64,000 nucleotides of DNA from NCBI GenBank assembly GCA_964252035.1, contig OZ176200.1; one strand, given 5' to 3'. A program made the translations under genes and the position numbers. Under the pieces are notes generated by a model, which was not told the origin of the DNA, searched no databases, and saw nothing but the letters and a program-made list of their open reading frames with translations. This DNA comes from Podarcis erhardii. Its lineage: Eukaryota. Shown piece after piece: positions 63,478-64,000 of the stretch (position 1 is the stretch's first letter; every line of letters begins with the position of its first letter).

Positions 63478-64000
63478 CTGAAATGAAGAATGCACAAAGC
63501 TACTGAATCTTGGATAGAACAGCTCTTAATGGGTGCGGAGTCCTTTTCACAAAATCACTAAATGCTAAGACAGCAATTGCTGCTGCTCAACTTTGCACAG
63601 CACCCACAGCAATGTTTATTCTGAACTCTTACATAAATCAACCAGCTTTACAGAGTTCATGGTATGTTTTTTGTGTTTTTATATTGCAAACTACCCTGTG
63701 ATCCTCAGATGAAGTACAATATAGAAATAATAATAATAATAATAAGTGTTGTACTTTAAGCTCCACAGTAGGTTCAGCAACCTAGGTACAAGAGCAAACA
63801 TGCTGATCTAAAAACTATTTGATTATCAAACTATCAAACTATTTGATTATCAAAAAGATGAGTTGACAACAGTGCTTCTCTAATAGTTACACACAAGGCC
63901 AGAGCCTTTAGATATATTTACTCTAACTCCCATCTGCTCTTATCCAGAGAATACACTTGTTCAACAGGAGAAAGTTTAGAATAAAAGATTACAAAAAACC

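Overview
Vertebrate genomic DNA, almost certainly from a squamate reptile and probably a lacertid lizard (inferred from Sauria SINEs, squamate CR1/L2 tails and squamate MITEs). Four protein-coding genes lie in the order known from human 11p15.5. They are the last five coding exons of SLC25A22 (+, 9598-16093), the single coding exon of CEND1 (+, 43355-43777), all eight coding exons of GATD1/PDDC1 (+, 53568-61247) and the last two exons of TALDO1 (-, 62895-63477). There are two CpG islands (about 29.9-30.8 kb and 53.2-53.9 kb) and many SINE, LINE and MITE fragments. The most striking structure is a very young Penelope-like retroelement in an SLC25A22 intron (11123-12630). It has two apparently identical 645-bp inverted pseudo-LTR arms around a 190-bp spacer, sits between two (AT)n tracts, and encodes the C-terminal part of a GIY-YIG endonuclease. 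Each arm carries a minimal hammerhead-ribozyme core. Almost all other ORFs in the supplied track look spurious. All identifications come from recall and manual reading, with no database search, and repeat boundaries without clear TSDs are approximate.
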